This document shows, piece after piece, positions 1-10,533 of a stretch of 64,000 nucleotides of DNA. The stretch is taken from contig CALARE010000009.1 of NCBI GenBank assembly GCA_937888725.1, forward strand, positions 970 to 64,969, read 5' to 3'. The first letter of the stretch is position 1; each line of letters opens with the position of its first letter. The notes under the pieces are model-generated. The model was not told the origin of the DNA and did no database searches. It saw only the letters and a program-made list of their open reading frames with translations. This DNA is from an uncultured Alphaproteobacteria bacterium (GTDB lineage: Bacteria; Pseudomonadota; Alphaproteobacteria; CAAHEQ01; UBA3637). The position numbers were made by a program, and so were the translations under genes.

Positions 1-145
1 AATGGTTATTTTTATATCGCCCCCATAATCGTTGTTGCCTTACATATAATACAAGTGGGTTATTATCTAAACTTATTCGAACATTGTTCCCTTTTACTCG
101 ATTAGGTTTTCATCCTTGTATTTTCTCTATATTTCTTTATAATAT

Positions 146-174
146 TTGACAAACAACTTCAAATACGCTATAAA
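146..174 (+). promoter_or_regulatory. sigma70-like promoter (TTGACA-17-TATAAA) upstream of the ankyrin gene
   Basis: TTGACA at 146-151, 17-nt spacer, TATAAA at 169-174, about 35 nt upstream of the ATG at 211. Confidence 0.45.
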
Positions 175-210
175 AAAGGTATATTTTAATAAAGAAAAGA
201 AAGGTAATAA

Positions 211-1548
211 ATGAATATATCAGATCTTAACGACCTTTTAGAGGCATCACTTGAAACAGGTGATTATTCGAAACTTAAAGCCATTATAAAAAAATATGAG
301 CATAAAAATATTTATTTATATGAACCCGAAAAAAAAGCCCTTGAAATTTATAATTATTTCATCAACTTAAATAAGAAAATTGATTTAATCTTTTTTTCAA
401 GAAAAGACAGATCTGCTTTTATACAGGCTATTCGGTCTGGAAATTTAAAAAAAATTACTTCTTATTTGAAAAAATATGAAGATTTTAAAGTTTTTGAATG
501 GGTGAAAGAAGGATTGATTGAAAAAGTATCAGAAGCATTGAAAAACGGTTTAAATCCAAATAAAAAAACAGACAATAAAGAAAGCCTTTTACAAGTAGCG
601 TCTGCGTTTGGAGAAACAGAAATTGTTGATCTACTCCTTAAAAAAGGAGCAAGAATTAACCCTTCATTTTTTGATAGTGAAAAAGAAAGTCCAGCTTTGC
701 GAGTAGCTGTTTATCATAATCAAACAAAAACAGCCCTTTTTCTTCTTGAACATGGAGCTAAAATTTCAAGCAAGGTTTTGTCAATGGCAATAAAAAACCA
801 AAATGAACCTCTTGTTCAAGGCATTTTAAATGTTTATCAGCAAAAATATGCACATAATGAATATGAAAGTACACTATTTTGGCAAAGCACTCCTGCTTTA
901 ACATATGCAATTGAATCTGGAAATGAAAAGATTGTAAAATTGCTATTAGACGCTGGAGCTAATGTTAACACAGAAGGCTCTACTCTTCCTGTTAAGGAAG
1001 CCTTTTTATCACGAAATAACACCATTATTGATATGGTTTATGAAAAAGCTGATCAATTTCAAAGATCTCAAATGGCATCTATGGCTATACATAATAGATT
1101 GTCATCTATTATGTTTCATCTTTATCAAAAAAAATGCCCTGTATTTTCTGAAGATTTAAATCATTTCACAATTGAAAACATATTAGGCTTTACATTTTTG
1201 AACAATGACAGAGCAACATATGATATGATTATGAAAACATTATCTGATGATGAAAAAGCAAAAATTGATTGGAAAGAGGCAAAATCCCTCGTTAATGATA
1301 ATGGGCATATGCCTGATACTGCAAGGAATTTAATCGTGCGTACTTTTAAAGAAGTGTTTCAAGAAGAACAAAAACAGCAAGAAGCAGAAAGAAAACCCCT
1401 ATATTCAAATCCAACACCTTGTTTTTCTGTATCAGGAAATTCTGAGGCACATACGGATATTTTGCATGCCACTTTCCCTACATTAATTGCTTATCAAAAA
1501 CCGATTTTTCAATTTACTGATAAAGAAAGAGGCACAAGAGAGATATAA
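211..1548 (+). CDS. ankyrin-repeat protein (445 aa)
   Basis: Long ORF with repeated ~33-aa ANK-like units (…TALFLLEHGAKI…, …GNEKIVKLLLDAGANVN…). A hairpin plus T-run follows at 1569-1601. Confidence 0.75.
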   Translation: MNISDLNDLLEASLETGDYSKLKAIIKKYEHKNIYLYEPEKKALEIYNYFINLNKKIDLIFFSRKDRSAFIQAIRSGNLKKITSYLKKYEDFKVFEWVKEGLIEKVSEALKNGLNPNKKTDNKESLLQVASAFGETEIVDLLLKKGARINPSFFDSEKESPALRVAVYHNQTKTALFLLEHGAKISSKVLSMAIKNQNEPLVQGILNVYQQKYAHNEYESTLFWQSTPALTYAIESGNEKIVKLLLDAGANVNTEGSTLPVKEAFLSRNNTIIDMVYEKADQFQRSQMASMAIHNRLSSIMFHLYQKKCPVFSEDLNHFTIENILGFTFLNNDRATYDMIMKTLSDDEKAKIDWKEAKSLVNDNGHMPDTARNLIVRTFKEVFQEEQKQQEAERKPLYSNPTPCFSVSGNSEAHTDILHATFPTLIAYQKPIFQFTDKERGTREI

Positions 1549-1568
1549 TCTATACTTTATAAAAACAC

Positions 1569-1601
1569 AAAAGCCTTGCTAAATAAGCAAGGCTTTTTGT
1601 G
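1569..1601 (+). terminator. rho-independent terminator
   Basis: aaaagccttgcttatttagcaaggcttttt stem-loop followed by a T-run. Confidence 0.6.
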
Positions 1602-1668
1602 GTTTATTCATCGGCATGCTGTGTCTTTAATATATTTAAACAAACGCATTTTAATGAATTCTATTTTT

Positions 1669-2181
1669 TTACTCAGTTCTTTCCCCGCGAGATGTATCTT
1701 GCGTTGGTAATTTCTTCTGATCGGTGATTTTTTGAATTTGAGGGGCTGATTGTTGGCTACATTTATTTACTACTGTTGCAGTCAAAAGGATACCGCTTCC
1801 TGCAACAAGAGTGGATAGTACCGAATAAAGTACTAACTTAAATCGTGATAGATTTTTTTCAACCTTTTCAAAAGAATATGTTCGTTTTTCACCTTTATCT
1901 TCAACGGTATAAGTTGATTTATCCCACTCAACGGATTGAACATTTTTTGCCCCCGTCATTTCATCACCTTTGTTGTTATACAACGTCCAATCCCCCACTA
2001 TATTTCGAATAGCAATATATTTCGGTGCTTTTTCATTATATTTATAATCATAACCACCATGATAAGTTATAAACCAGCCATTACGAGCAGCAATAACATA
2101 AAAAGGTATATCATCACCATAAGATTTTACTTTATGATCTGTTCTAAAATATCTATTATTAATAAACTTCTTTTCTGTCAT
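1669..2181 (-). CDS. hypothetical protein with a C-terminal TM helix and conserved ~23-aa tail (QIQKITDQKKLPTQDTSRGERTE)
   Basis: 170-aa ORF. The tail is almost identical to the C-terminus of the adjacent 2196..2939 gene product. Confidence 0.55.
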   Translation of the reverse strand: MTEKKFINNRYFRTDHKVKSYGDDIPFYVIAARNGWFITYHGGYDYKYNEKAPKYIAIRNIVGDWTLYNNKGDEMTGAKNVQSVEWDKSTYTVEDKGEKRTYSFEKVEKNLSRFKLVLYSVLSTLVAGSGILLTATVVNKCSQQSAPQIQKITDQKKLPTQDTSRGERTE

Positions 2182-2195
2182 ATAATGCTTTTTCT

Positions 2196-2939
2196 TTATT
2201 CATCTCTTGCACCACGAGAAGTATCTTGAACTGGCAATTTCTTTTGATCTGTTATTTTTTGAACCTGACCTGGAACAGATACATCATCGCCTTGTATATC
2301 CTCATCTAAGCATGGTTGAATATTGTCCAAAAGTGTTTTGCCATAATTCTCAACGAGTTGAGGTGTAATATCTTGCACACGAACAACTGGTGTTGGAAAT
2401 TTTTGTTCTAAATCCGCATCACTAATGGGGACAAAACTTTCTTCTTTAATGGCTTTTCTGATATGGGCTCTAACAGCTTGACTGTGTTCACTCTTTTGAT
2501 GCATAAATTCAAGCATTCCATTTTTCATAACATCTGAATGTGCCAAATCGATGGGTGTATCTCCCATTTTGTTTTTTCTATCCATAGATGCTCCATTATT
2601 CAATAAAGCAACAACTAAATGTTCTAGGCCTTCTTTTTGAACAGCAATGTGTAATAAAGTGTCCCCGTCCATATCTGCTTTTTGCACATTGCAGGTTTTA
2701 TTTTGGATAGATTTGATAATACAACTTTCTAATTGAGGGGTATGTTCAGAATATTTCATAATTGCAATATATTCTAGTGTTTCATCTGGATCTTTTGATG
2801 TATCACAAACATGGTCCAAATCTTTATCAAAACCTTCTTCCGTATAAAGAGGTAATTCTTCAACTTGAGGCTTAAAAACCAAAACAGCTAAATTTTCAAT
2901 CTTTTTAAAAATCCTTGTTAACAAATTTTCTTTTTCCAT
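2196..2939 (-). CDS. ankyrin-repeat protein carrying the same conserved C-terminal tail (QVQKITDQKKLPVQDTSRGARDE)
   Basis: ANK units (GDTLLHIAVQKEGLEHLVVALLNNGASMD…GDTPIDLAH). Its N-terminus (LLTRIFKKIENLAVLVFKPQ) resembles the C-terminus of the 3155..3805 product. Confidence 0.65.
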   Translation of the reverse strand: MEKENLLTRIFKKIENLAVLVFKPQVEELPLYTEEGFDKDLDHVCDTSKDPDETLEYIAIMKYSEHTPQLESCIIKSIQNKTCNVQKADMDGDTLLHIAVQKEGLEHLVVALLNNGASMDRKNKMGDTPIDLAHSDVMKNGMLEFMHQKSEHSQAVRAHIRKAIKEESFVPISDADLEQKFPTPVVRVQDITPQLVENYGKTLLDNIQPCLDEDIQGDDVSVPGQVQKITDQKKLPVQDTSRGARDE

Positions 2940-3154
2940 TGTTTTTTACCTTTCCCAAATAAGTTTCAATATACTTCAATATACTTAATTTAAAAATGTT
3001 TGTCAAACATTATAAAAATATAAAATTATATTTTTTAAAACAATGAAAAAGGCTAAAAAAGACAAGTTACATCCTATACTTCTATTGTTCTTTTGTTAGA
3101 AAAAACACCCTTTGAAAACAAAGAGTGTTTTTGATATTTTTAAACTTATAGATT

Positions 3155-3805
3155 TTATTGATTTTCTCTTATTTGACGTTTAAAAACCATAAGTGCGAAA
3201 TTTTCAATTTGTTTTAATCCTCTTGTAATAAGGTTTCCACCAACTGATTTGTTCGACTCACTTGTCAATTGTTTATAAAATTTATCTTTTTCACACTTTT
3301 GAGCATGTAAGATAGCTGCTTTTTCTTTTAATTTTTCATATCTAATAGCTTTTTGCTGTCTTTCTTGTTTTGTATCAGGAGCCAAAACTTCAAATGCAAA
3401 TGCTGATAATTCCATATCATTTAAAGAACATAACATTTTAGAATAGACAAAAATTTTATCAGCGATTTGCTTTATTTTCCCTGCTCTACATTCAAGGTAT
3501 AACGGATAAGTTGCATCAATATCTGGCAACTTTCTTAAATCTGAATCAGACTTTTGGTTGTCAAATAAAAAAGCAGCTCTTGCCTTTGTTTGTTTTGTTG
3601 CTGGGAGAAAATATGCAGATGTCAGTTGCTGAACAATTTCTTTTTGTAAACAAAGAGGTCCTTCTTTTTGTTCTTCTAATATAAAATCAACCAATTCGTT
3701 CCGTTTTTTTATAGGAAGCAAACGTAATATTCTTTTCAATTCTTCTAATTCTTGTTTTGTGTTAGATGATAATTCCCTAAAATAAATTTTTGAGCTTTCT
3801 GTCAT
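3155..3805 (-). CDS. hypothetical protein (216 aa) sharing a module with the neighbouring effector-like proteins
   Basis: ORF whose C-terminal segment (NLITRGLKQIENFALMVFKRQ) is similar to the N-terminus of the 2196..2939 product. Confidence 0.5.
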   Translation of the reverse strand: MTESSKIYFRELSSNTKQELEELKRILRLLPIKKRNELVDFILEEQKEGPLCLQKEIVQQLTSAYFLPATKQTKARAAFLFDNQKSDSDLRKLPDIDATYPLYLECRAGKIKQIADKIFVYSKMLCSLNDMELSAFAFEVLAPDTKQERQQKAIRYEKLKEKAAILHAQKCEKDKFYKQLTSESNKSVGGNLITRGLKQIENFALMVFKRQIRENQ

Positions 3806-3937
3806 ATTTTACCCTTACTGATTTGATGAATAACGGCTTATTGTATCATATTTATTTTTATTTGTCAATATTTTTATATTATTTATTTTGTATCGTGTTT
3901 CAATATGAATAATGATATAAAAAACCATTTTTATTTA

Positions 3938-4699
3938 TCAAACTCTGGATTGGTCTTTTAAGAATTTTTGAACTGATTTGACAAGGTTGTGACGGGGTTG
4001 TTTCCCCACAATCTTATCCATATAAGCATAAGGTTGTGCAATCTCTTGAAAAGGGGAAATCGTCCCATTGGACCAAACCCGTTTTAATGATGGAAGATGT
4101 TTTTTTGTCACATAGATACACAAATTGTCAACAATACGTTCCTTTTCTTCTTGATGAATGGGTGGATTTTTCAAGTGGTTGGGATTAATTATCAAATCTT
4201 CAATCCCCAAATGTATCATCTCATGTACGATAATATGAGCCAAAGCAGACTTATCCTCCCATTGATTACCAAATCCAAGGATGATATGGCCAATATTTTG
4301 CTTGTCTCTAAAATACTTACCCCCGACACTAAACGCCACCAAATCAATCTGGTATGCTGGTAAAATTTCAAATCCCCAATGATTCTTTAGTTGTTGTATT
4401 TCATAAAAACAACTTTGTACCATCGGCAATACGGCTTGAACTTTTTGAATAAACGGTAAGTATTGCTCTTTATTATAAAGTTCATTTCGATAAAGAGAAA
4501 AATACTTATTCTTAAAGGTTGAAGAATCCAATCCTCTGTCTTTAATCATCTGATTAATCAAGGGGTTATTTAATTTTTGATAATATTCAAGCCGATTACT
4601 ACGACCATTATTTATATACCAATCTAAATGACAAATGTTTGATTGCAAATGTTTAAAAGCGCTCTCAACATCAGGTACAGGAATTGTAATCGAAAACAT
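3938..4699 (-). CDS. hypothetical protein with an HExxH motif (possible zinc metallopeptidase fold)
   Basis: 253-aa ORF containing IIVHEMIHLG. No other recognisable motif. Confidence 0.4.
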   Translation of the reverse strand: MFSITIPVPDVESAFKHLQSNICHLDWYINNGRSNRLEYYQKLNNPLINQMIKDRGLDSSTFKNKYFSLYRNELYNKEQYLPFIQKVQAVLPMVQSCFYEIQQLKNHWGFEILPAYQIDLVAFSVGGKYFRDKQNIGHIILGFGNQWEDKSALAHIIVHEMIHLGIEDLIINPNHLKNPPIHQEEKERIVDNLCIYVTKKHLPSLKRVWSNGTISPFQEIAQPYAYMDKIVGKQPRHNLVKSVQKFLKDQSRV

Positions 4700-4837
4700 A
4701 GGACTCCTATTTCATAAAAAAGATGGGTATAGAAATATTATCTACTTCCTCTTGTTTTTAGTAATATTTTTCATGGTATCATATATCTGAATTTTTTTCA
4801 ATGTAAATTTATTTATAAGTCTATCTTTTTCACCTAC

Positions 4838-4937
4838 TCTCGGCTCAGACTCACGTTGCCCCCGTGAGTCCGCTTCTCTAACCTCTACGCATACAAAAAT
4901 AGCCCTCAAAAGAGGGCTGTTTTTGTATGGTGCCGCT
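4838..4937. repeat. ~100-bp direct repeat, copy 1 (tRNA-Thr 3' end plus terminator hairpin)
   Basis: Near-identical to 5025..5121. It ends in tggtgccgct (the reverse complement of the tRNA 3' AGCGGCACCA) and contains the agccctc/gagggct hairpin. Confidence 0.7.
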
Positions 4938-5024
4938 CGTTCGAATGGGTATTCCCATTGTTCCAATGGGTCCCTTTCGCCACGCAACCGCTCGTTCGGC
5001 ACAAAATGCCGTCTCGCGGGCTAT

Positions 5025-5111
5025 CGGCTCGGCCTCACGTTGCCCCCGTGAGTCCGCTTCTCTAACCTCTACGCATACAAAAATAGCCCTCAAAAGAGGG
5101 CTGTTTTTGTA

Positions 5112-5121
<10 letters not shown>
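5025..5121. repeat. ~100-bp direct repeat, copy 2, contiguous with tRNA-Thr
   Basis: Same sequence as 4838..4937 and overlaps the 3' end of the tRNA. Confidence 0.7.
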
Positions 5122-5186
<65 letters not shown>

Positions 5187-5320
5187 AATAGAGCGATATA
5201 ACAATGTGTTATTTCTATATGAGTTTTAGCAACTTGTCAAGATGTTTTTCTGTTAACTTTAAATTATTTTGAAAAAAATGAAAAATGTGTTATAATATCA
5301 GATATAGATTGGAGACGATA

Positions 5321-6136
5321 ATGGATTTTTATTACAGTTGCTATCAAAAAGAACTTAAAAATATTCTTCAAGAATATAAAAAAGAACATCTTTCTATAAT
5401 GCCGACAACATTTATTGACCAAGGAGAAGACACTCTTTTTTCAAGTCAGTTATTGCGAGATATTGGTAAGGTCTTTCCACCTCAATCCTATCTCTCGAAA
5501 TCTTGGCTTTTGCATCAAAAGTTTGTGCATAAGCTGACGCCAAACGAAAATAAATTTATTTATAGAGCAATTCGTTTTTTTGATAAAAATAAAGAAAAAT
5601 ACAACCAAGTTCAGCAAAATCCAACTTTTGAAAATATCCGTACCTTTGGTCTTGCAAATTGCGGGGAATTGGCTGACGCTTGCATTTTAGAACAAGATAA
5701 AGAAAATCCAATTATACCAGCGTTAAAAGAGGTCTCTTTTCTTCGGGCAAGTATTCAAATTCATATACCAACAGACAAATTAGTGGCAAAAGGGATTATC
5801 TCAGCTGATAATCAGATGCCAAAAAAAATACCATTAGACCATGTTTTTTTGATTTGTGAACAAGGTGCTGATAAGTCTACTTCTGAGATGATTAAAAATT
5901 TTAAATCAGCAACTCGTGAAGCTGAAGCTCTTGATTTGTGGCAAAGAAGGTCTGGGAAGGCACATCAGTTGATTATAAATTATATGAAATCAGCTGGTGT
6001 TTCAATGGCTCAATTGAGACTTTTAAACCCTAAAACAGGTGAAAAAAGGTATTTTAATCTCACATGTAATGATGGTAAACTTTTAATCATTCCTGCAGAT
6101 AATAATATAAAGGCTTTTTCAAATGACAATAGATAG
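5321..6136 (+). CDS. hypothetical protein
   Basis: ORF. The internal ATG at 5321 follows GGAG, making it a better start than the ORF-track start at 5285. Confidence 0.5.
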   Translation: MDFYYSCYQKELKNILQEYKKEHLSIMPTTFIDQGEDTLFSSQLLRDIGKVFPPQSYLSKSWLLHQKFVHKLTPNENKFIYRAIRFFDKNKEKYNQVQQNPTFENIRTFGLANCGELADACILEQDKENPIIPALKEVSFLRASIQIHIPTDKLVAKGIISADNQMPKKIPLDHVFLICEQGADKSTSEMIKNFKSATREAEALDLWQRRSGKAHQLIINYMKSAGVSMAQLRLLNPKTGEKRYFNLTCNDGKLLIIPADNNIKAFSNDNR

Positions 6137-6806
6137 CATACGGCAAGAGCTTTTAAAATATCAGGATGATGATTATAAGCTGTTTATTCAAAAACTCATC
6201 CCTAATTGTGATAACATTATTGGGGTTCGCATGCCCCTCTTAAAAAAAATGGCAAAAGAAATTGCAAAGAATAATCCGCACACTTTTATGGCTTCTACCC
6301 CGCAATCTCATGAAGAAAATATTTTGCAAGCACTTGTTATTGCCAAATGTGTTAAATCGCCTAGTGATTTTCAATTAATTATAAATTTTATCCCCCAAAT
6401 TAATAATTGGGCGGTATGTGATACGTTTTGCACTTATTTAAAAAGTGTTTCCCAATTCCCAAACGAAACTCTTGAATTTTTATCTCCTTATTTAAAGTCC
6501 ACACAAGAATTCGAGGTGCGATTTGCCCTTGTTTTACTTTTATTTCACTTTGTTGAGAAGAAATATTTGCCTTTTATTTTTAAAGCATTAGATGATTTTA
6601 ATCATCAAGAATATTATGCTCAAATGGGTGGTGCATGGCTGTTATCCACTTGTTTTATCAAGTACCCAGAGCAAACGCTTATGTATTTGAAAAAATCAAA
6701 ACTAGAGACACAAACATTCAACCGTGCTATTCAAAAAATCTGTGAATCAACAGCCGTTTCCCCGACATTAAAAATAACAATAAAACGCTTAAAACGCCCT
6801 TTTTAA
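6123..6806 (+). CDS. DNA alkylation repair protein (AlkD-like HEAT-repeat family)
   Basis: Motifs such as GVRMPLLKKMAKEI and NNWAVCDTF, at the typical ~230-aa size of the family. Confidence 0.55.
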   Translation: MTIDSIRQELLKYQDDDYKLFIQKLIPNCDNIIGVRMPLLKKMAKEIAKNNPHTFMASTPQSHEENILQALVIAKCVKSPSDFQLIINFIPQINNWAVCDTFCTYLKSVSQFPNETLEFLSPYLKSTQEFEVRFALVLLLFHFVEKKYLPFIFKALDDFNHQEYYAQMGGAWLLSTCFIKYPEQTLMYLKKSKLETQTFNRAIQKICESTAVSPTLKITIKRLKRPF

Positions 6807-7747
6807 TGGGATATGTAATACATTGTTTTTTGAAATAAATAATAAAGATAATCTAAAATTGGAAAACCTTTATTCATCAAAATAGCCTCTTTATAAGCGT
6901 AAAATTTTTGCCACTCAAAAAATTCAAGAGCATTTGATTTCCATGGTTTCTTTTTACCACTATAATGGTAAATCACCTTATCAAAAGGTGTATGAATCCG
7001 ATGTTGTGCATTATATTTAACAGGAAGTGTCTTTATTTGATGCATAAAAACCAAATTAATCGCATCTTGATCATAATGTGTAAATTCATTTTGATAGCGA
7101 TTTGTTACGTCAAATAACCTTGCAACCGCATCAGATTGACGCATTTTATCTAAATCCATCAAAAGAACCCCTGAATTAATATAAAAAGGAATCCCTTTCA
7201 AAATAGGTTTTTGCGTTACTTCCTCAGATTCTAAATCTTCAATCACACCCGCTATAACATGTTGCCCTAAATCAATTTTAAAAAGAGGTGTTAAGTCATC
7301 TAATACCACAATATCACCATCAAGATATAACACTTTGTCTTTATTTGATAAAATATCAGCGGTTAAATATCTAAAATAAATGCTTTCATTCCATCTGTTT
7401 GTCATTGGAAACTTTTGAAAAGCCTCGAATTGAATAGGTAAAATTTGAATCGTAACATGTGGTAATTTGTCATCTAATTCCAACAGCTTTTGACGATTAA
7501 TTTGATTAAATCCCTTTGTCAAAATAAAAACATTCACAGGGGTTTTTGTGGTCATATTAAGTGACGTTAATGCCACACTGAGTGGTTTGATATAATTATC
7601 ATCTCCCGCAAAAACAATATCAAGAGGGGTTTGGTGATTTAACAGATTTTTATCCTTAAAAAATTGCCATTCATTTAATATACTTAAAAATAAAGCGATG
7701 AACGTTACAAAAATAATCACAAAAGATATTTTAAAGAAACGTTTCAT
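6803..7747 (-). CDS. glycosyltransferase family 8 (LPS glycosyl/galactosyltransferase-like), membrane-anchored
   Basis: N-terminal TM helix. IVFAGDDNYIKPLSVALTSL and the DxD context LYLDGDIVVLDD are typical of GT8. Confidence 0.65.
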   Translation of the reverse strand: MKRFFKISFVIIFVTFIALFLSILNEWQFFKDKNLLNHQTPLDIVFAGDDNYIKPLSVALTSLNMTTKTPVNVFILTKGFNQINRQKLLELDDKLPHVTIQILPIQFEAFQKFPMTNRWNESIYFRYLTADILSNKDKVLYLDGDIVVLDDLTPLFKIDLGQHVIAGVIEDLESEEVTQKPILKGIPFYINSGVLLMDLDKMRQSDAVARLFDVTNRYQNEFTHYDQDAINLVFMHQIKTLPVKYNAQHRIHTPFDKVIYHYSGKKKPWKSNALEFFEWQKFYAYKEAILMNKGFPILDYLYYLFQKTMYYISH

Positions 7748-7772
7748 CGCTCTACCTGACTAAAAACAAATA

Positions 7773-10376
7773 TTATGCTTTTATTTTCTTTTCATCCTCA
7801 CCAAAAACACAGGTTGTCAGACAAAGTGCCTGCCCCGCTAAGAATGAGATATTATTTTCTTTAATATTTGCCGCATTAATAATATCTTCTTTTGACAAAG
7901 CTTGCAATTCAATTGCCCCTTCTGGAACAGCGACAATCAACTCTAACACAGGCGTTTTAATCGAACGCTTTTGTTCAGCTTTTTCTTTTCTAATCAAATT
8001 AATCAACTGAACCGCTTGGTCATAAATATTGGCATTTCCTTGAATTAACGCAAATTCCTCAGCAGAAGGGAATGGCATTTTATGAATAGATATATTTGAA
8101 TTATTCCAAGGACGTGATTGCCAAATTTCTTCAGTTGTAAAGGCCAAAGCTGGGGCAAACAAACGCATCAAAACATCAATTGTAAACATAAGCGTTGAAA
8201 CGGCGGAAACTGGATTTTCACTGTAAGCTCTCCCTTTAATAAGCTCAAGATAATTGTCGCAGAAATCCCAGAAGCATTTTTCAGTCAACTCAAGTGCAAA
8301 AGCATAATCATTATTTTCAAATGCACGGTTGGCGCTTGAAACAACTTCTTTAACCTTCATCACCCAGGATTTGTCAAGGTCAGAAGTAATATTTTGCATA
8401 TAGTTGCCATCTAATGCTACACCAGACTTTTCAACCATCATAAAGGCAAATTTGCTGGCATTAAACATTTTCATCGTCAGCTTTCTACCTTGCTCCATAA
8501 TCTGTTCTTCAAAAGCTGTATCAATCCCTAATTTAGCACGAGAAGCCCAATAGCGAACAGCATCAGCCGAATGCTTGACCAACAAATCCATTGGTGTAAC
8601 AACGTTGCCCTTTGATTTACTCATTTTTTTACGATCTGGATCTAAAATAAAACCACTAATCAAAGCTTCATGCCATGGCTCTTTTCCTTCATGCGCAAAA
8701 GATTTCATAATCGTATAAAATGCCCAAGTACGGATAATATCATGTGCTTGTGGACGTGCATCAAATGGCAAGCTTAGGTGATGCCCTTCAGGTGCGTGAG
8801 CCAAAGCAATTTGTGGTGTGAGCGAACTGGTTGCCCATGTATCCATCACATCCTTATCCGCGGTGAAACCGTTTGGTTTATCACGCATTTCTTCTGTATA
8901 ACCAGTTGGAACCATCGTTGATGGGTCAACAGGCAACTGTTCTAATGAGGCGTAAATCGGATGATCAAAATCAATCATCCCTTCTGCATCAAGTGGGTAC
9001 CATACAGGGAATGGCACACCAAAAAACCGCTGACGTGAAATGCACCAATCTTGATTAAGACCTTCAACCCAAGCTTCATAACGAGATTGCATATGTGCAG
9101 GTGTCCATTTGATTTTTTGACCCAATTTTAAAAGTTCTTCTTTATATTTTAAAATTGAAATAAACCATTGACGAGAAGAAACAAATTCCAATGGAATGTT
9201 CCCCTTTTCATAGAATTTAACAGGGTGCATAAGCGGTTTTGGTTCACCAAGCAAAGCCCCCTCCTCTCTCAACATTTCAACCACTTGAGTTCTGGCATCT
9301 TTCACTTTAAGACCAGCCATACGGGCAAAGTTTGCTTTTGCCTTTTCAACATTTAAGGATACAAATGCCCCTTCACCATAAGTGATATTCATAATTCGAC
9401 CATCTAAACCAATAATTTGTTTAATTGGAAGACCTGATTGTTTCCACCAAGCAACGTCAGCCGCATCACCAAAAGTACAAACCATCATAATACCCGTTCC
9501 TTTGTCCATTTCGGCATGTTCTGATGGTACAATTGGAACAGGAATGTCAAACAATGGAACAATCGCTTTTTTACCAAAGAAAGGTTTGTAGCGTTCATCA
9601 TCTGGATGAGCCACAACCGCAATACAAGCGGGCAAAAATTCGGGTCTTGTTGTTGCAATGGTAAATGTTGTATCACTTCCTTCAACTTTAAACGCAATAT
9701 CATGGAAGAAACCAGCTGTTTCTCTATCTTCAATTTCCGCTTGTGCAATGGCTGATTGGAATGTTACATCCCACATCGTTGGAGCTTCAACCGATTTTGC
9801 CATCCCTTTTTCAATTAAATCTAAGAATGATTTTTGAGCTTCTTTAATTGCTTTTGGACCAATAGTTGTATATTTGAGTGACCAGTCATAAGAATGACCG
9901 ATTTGATGGAAGATATCTTCGAATGCCTTTTCATCCATAGCGGTGAGTTCTTCACAAGCTTCAATAAAGTTTTGACGCGAAACTTCTTGTCTTTTCCCTT
10001 CATTTTTAGGGTTGTGGACAGGTTTAAAATCCTTATCATAAGGGATGCCAGGATTACACGCAATATTATAATAATTTTGCACACGACGCTCTGTTGGCAG
10101 GCCATTATCATCCCACCCAATTGGATAGAAAATTGATTTTCCCTTCATACGGTTATAGCGAACCATTACATCTGTTTGGGTGTATGAAAAGATATGCCCA
10201 ATATGCAAAGACCCAGACACCGTTGGTGGTGGTGTATCAACCACAAATGTATTGTCACGAGTTGCTGTTTTATCAAAAGCATAAACTTGGTTTTCTTCCC
10301 AAAAGCGAATGGCTCTTGTTTCAATCTCGGCTGGGTTAAACTTATCATCTAATTTCTTTTCATTTTTATATTGCAT
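7773..10376 (-). CDS. valS: valyl-tRNA synthetase, short (archaeal/rickettsial-type) form lacking the C-terminal coiled coil
   Basis: PPPTVSGSLHIGH (HIGH motif), KMSKSKGN, ValRS-like CP1 editing segment TTRPEFLPACIAVVAHPDDERY…DKGTG, 867 aa. Confidence 0.8.
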   Translation of the reverse strand: MQYKNEKKLDDKFNPAEIETRAIRFWEENQVYAFDKTATRDNTFVVDTPPPTVSGSLHIGHIFSYTQTDVMVRYNRMKGKSIFYPIGWDDNGLPTERRVQNYYNIACNPGIPYDKDFKPVHNPKNEGKRQEVSRQNFIEACEELTAMDEKAFEDIFHQIGHSYDWSLKYTTIGPKAIKEAQKSFLDLIEKGMAKSVEAPTMWDVTFQSAIAQAEIEDRETAGFFHDIAFKVEGSDTTFTIATTRPEFLPACIAVVAHPDDERYKPFFGKKAIVPLFDIPVPIVPSEHAEMDKGTGIMMVCTFGDAADVAWWKQSGLPIKQIIGLDGRIMNITYGEGAFVSLNVEKAKANFARMAGLKVKDARTQVVEMLREEGALLGEPKPLMHPVKFYEKGNIPLEFVSSRQWFISILKYKEELLKLGQKIKWTPAHMQSRYEAWVEGLNQDWCISRQRFFGVPFPVWYPLDAEGMIDFDHPIYASLEQLPVDPSTMVPTGYTEEMRDKPNGFTADKDVMDTWATSSLTPQIALAHAPEGHHLSLPFDARPQAHDIIRTWAFYTIMKSFAHEGKEPWHEALISGFILDPDRKKMSKSKGNVVTPMDLLVKHSADAVRYWASRAKLGIDTAFEEQIMEQGRKLTMKMFNASKFAFMMVEKSGVALDGNYMQNITSDLDKSWVMKVKEVVSSANRAFENNDYAFALELTEKCFWDFCDNYLELIKGRAYSENPVSAVSTLMFTIDVLMRLFAPALAFTTEEIWQSRPWNNSNISIHKMPFPSAEEFALIQGNANIYDQAVQLINLIRKEKAEQKRSIKTPVLELIVAVPEGAIELQALSKEDIINAANIKENNISFLAGQALCLTTCVFGEDEKKIKA

Positions 10377-10493
10377 GATTCATCCTTAAAAAAAATTAAA
10401 AAAACTTTTGTTATTTTAACTGAAAGTATTTATAAAATCAAGAACAATCTTTTAAAAAAAGAAGATAAAATATCAATTTTAAAAATTAACACT

Positions 10494-10521
10494 TGACAAG
10501 CAAGTTAATTAGATATATAAA
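10494..10521 (+). promoter_or_regulatory. strong sigma70-like promoter for tRNA-Val (TTGACA-16-TATAAA)
   Basis: Consensus -35 element and a -10 element ending 12 nt before the first base of the tRNA. Confidence 0.55.
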
Positions 10522-10533
10522 GCAAACAGTTTC

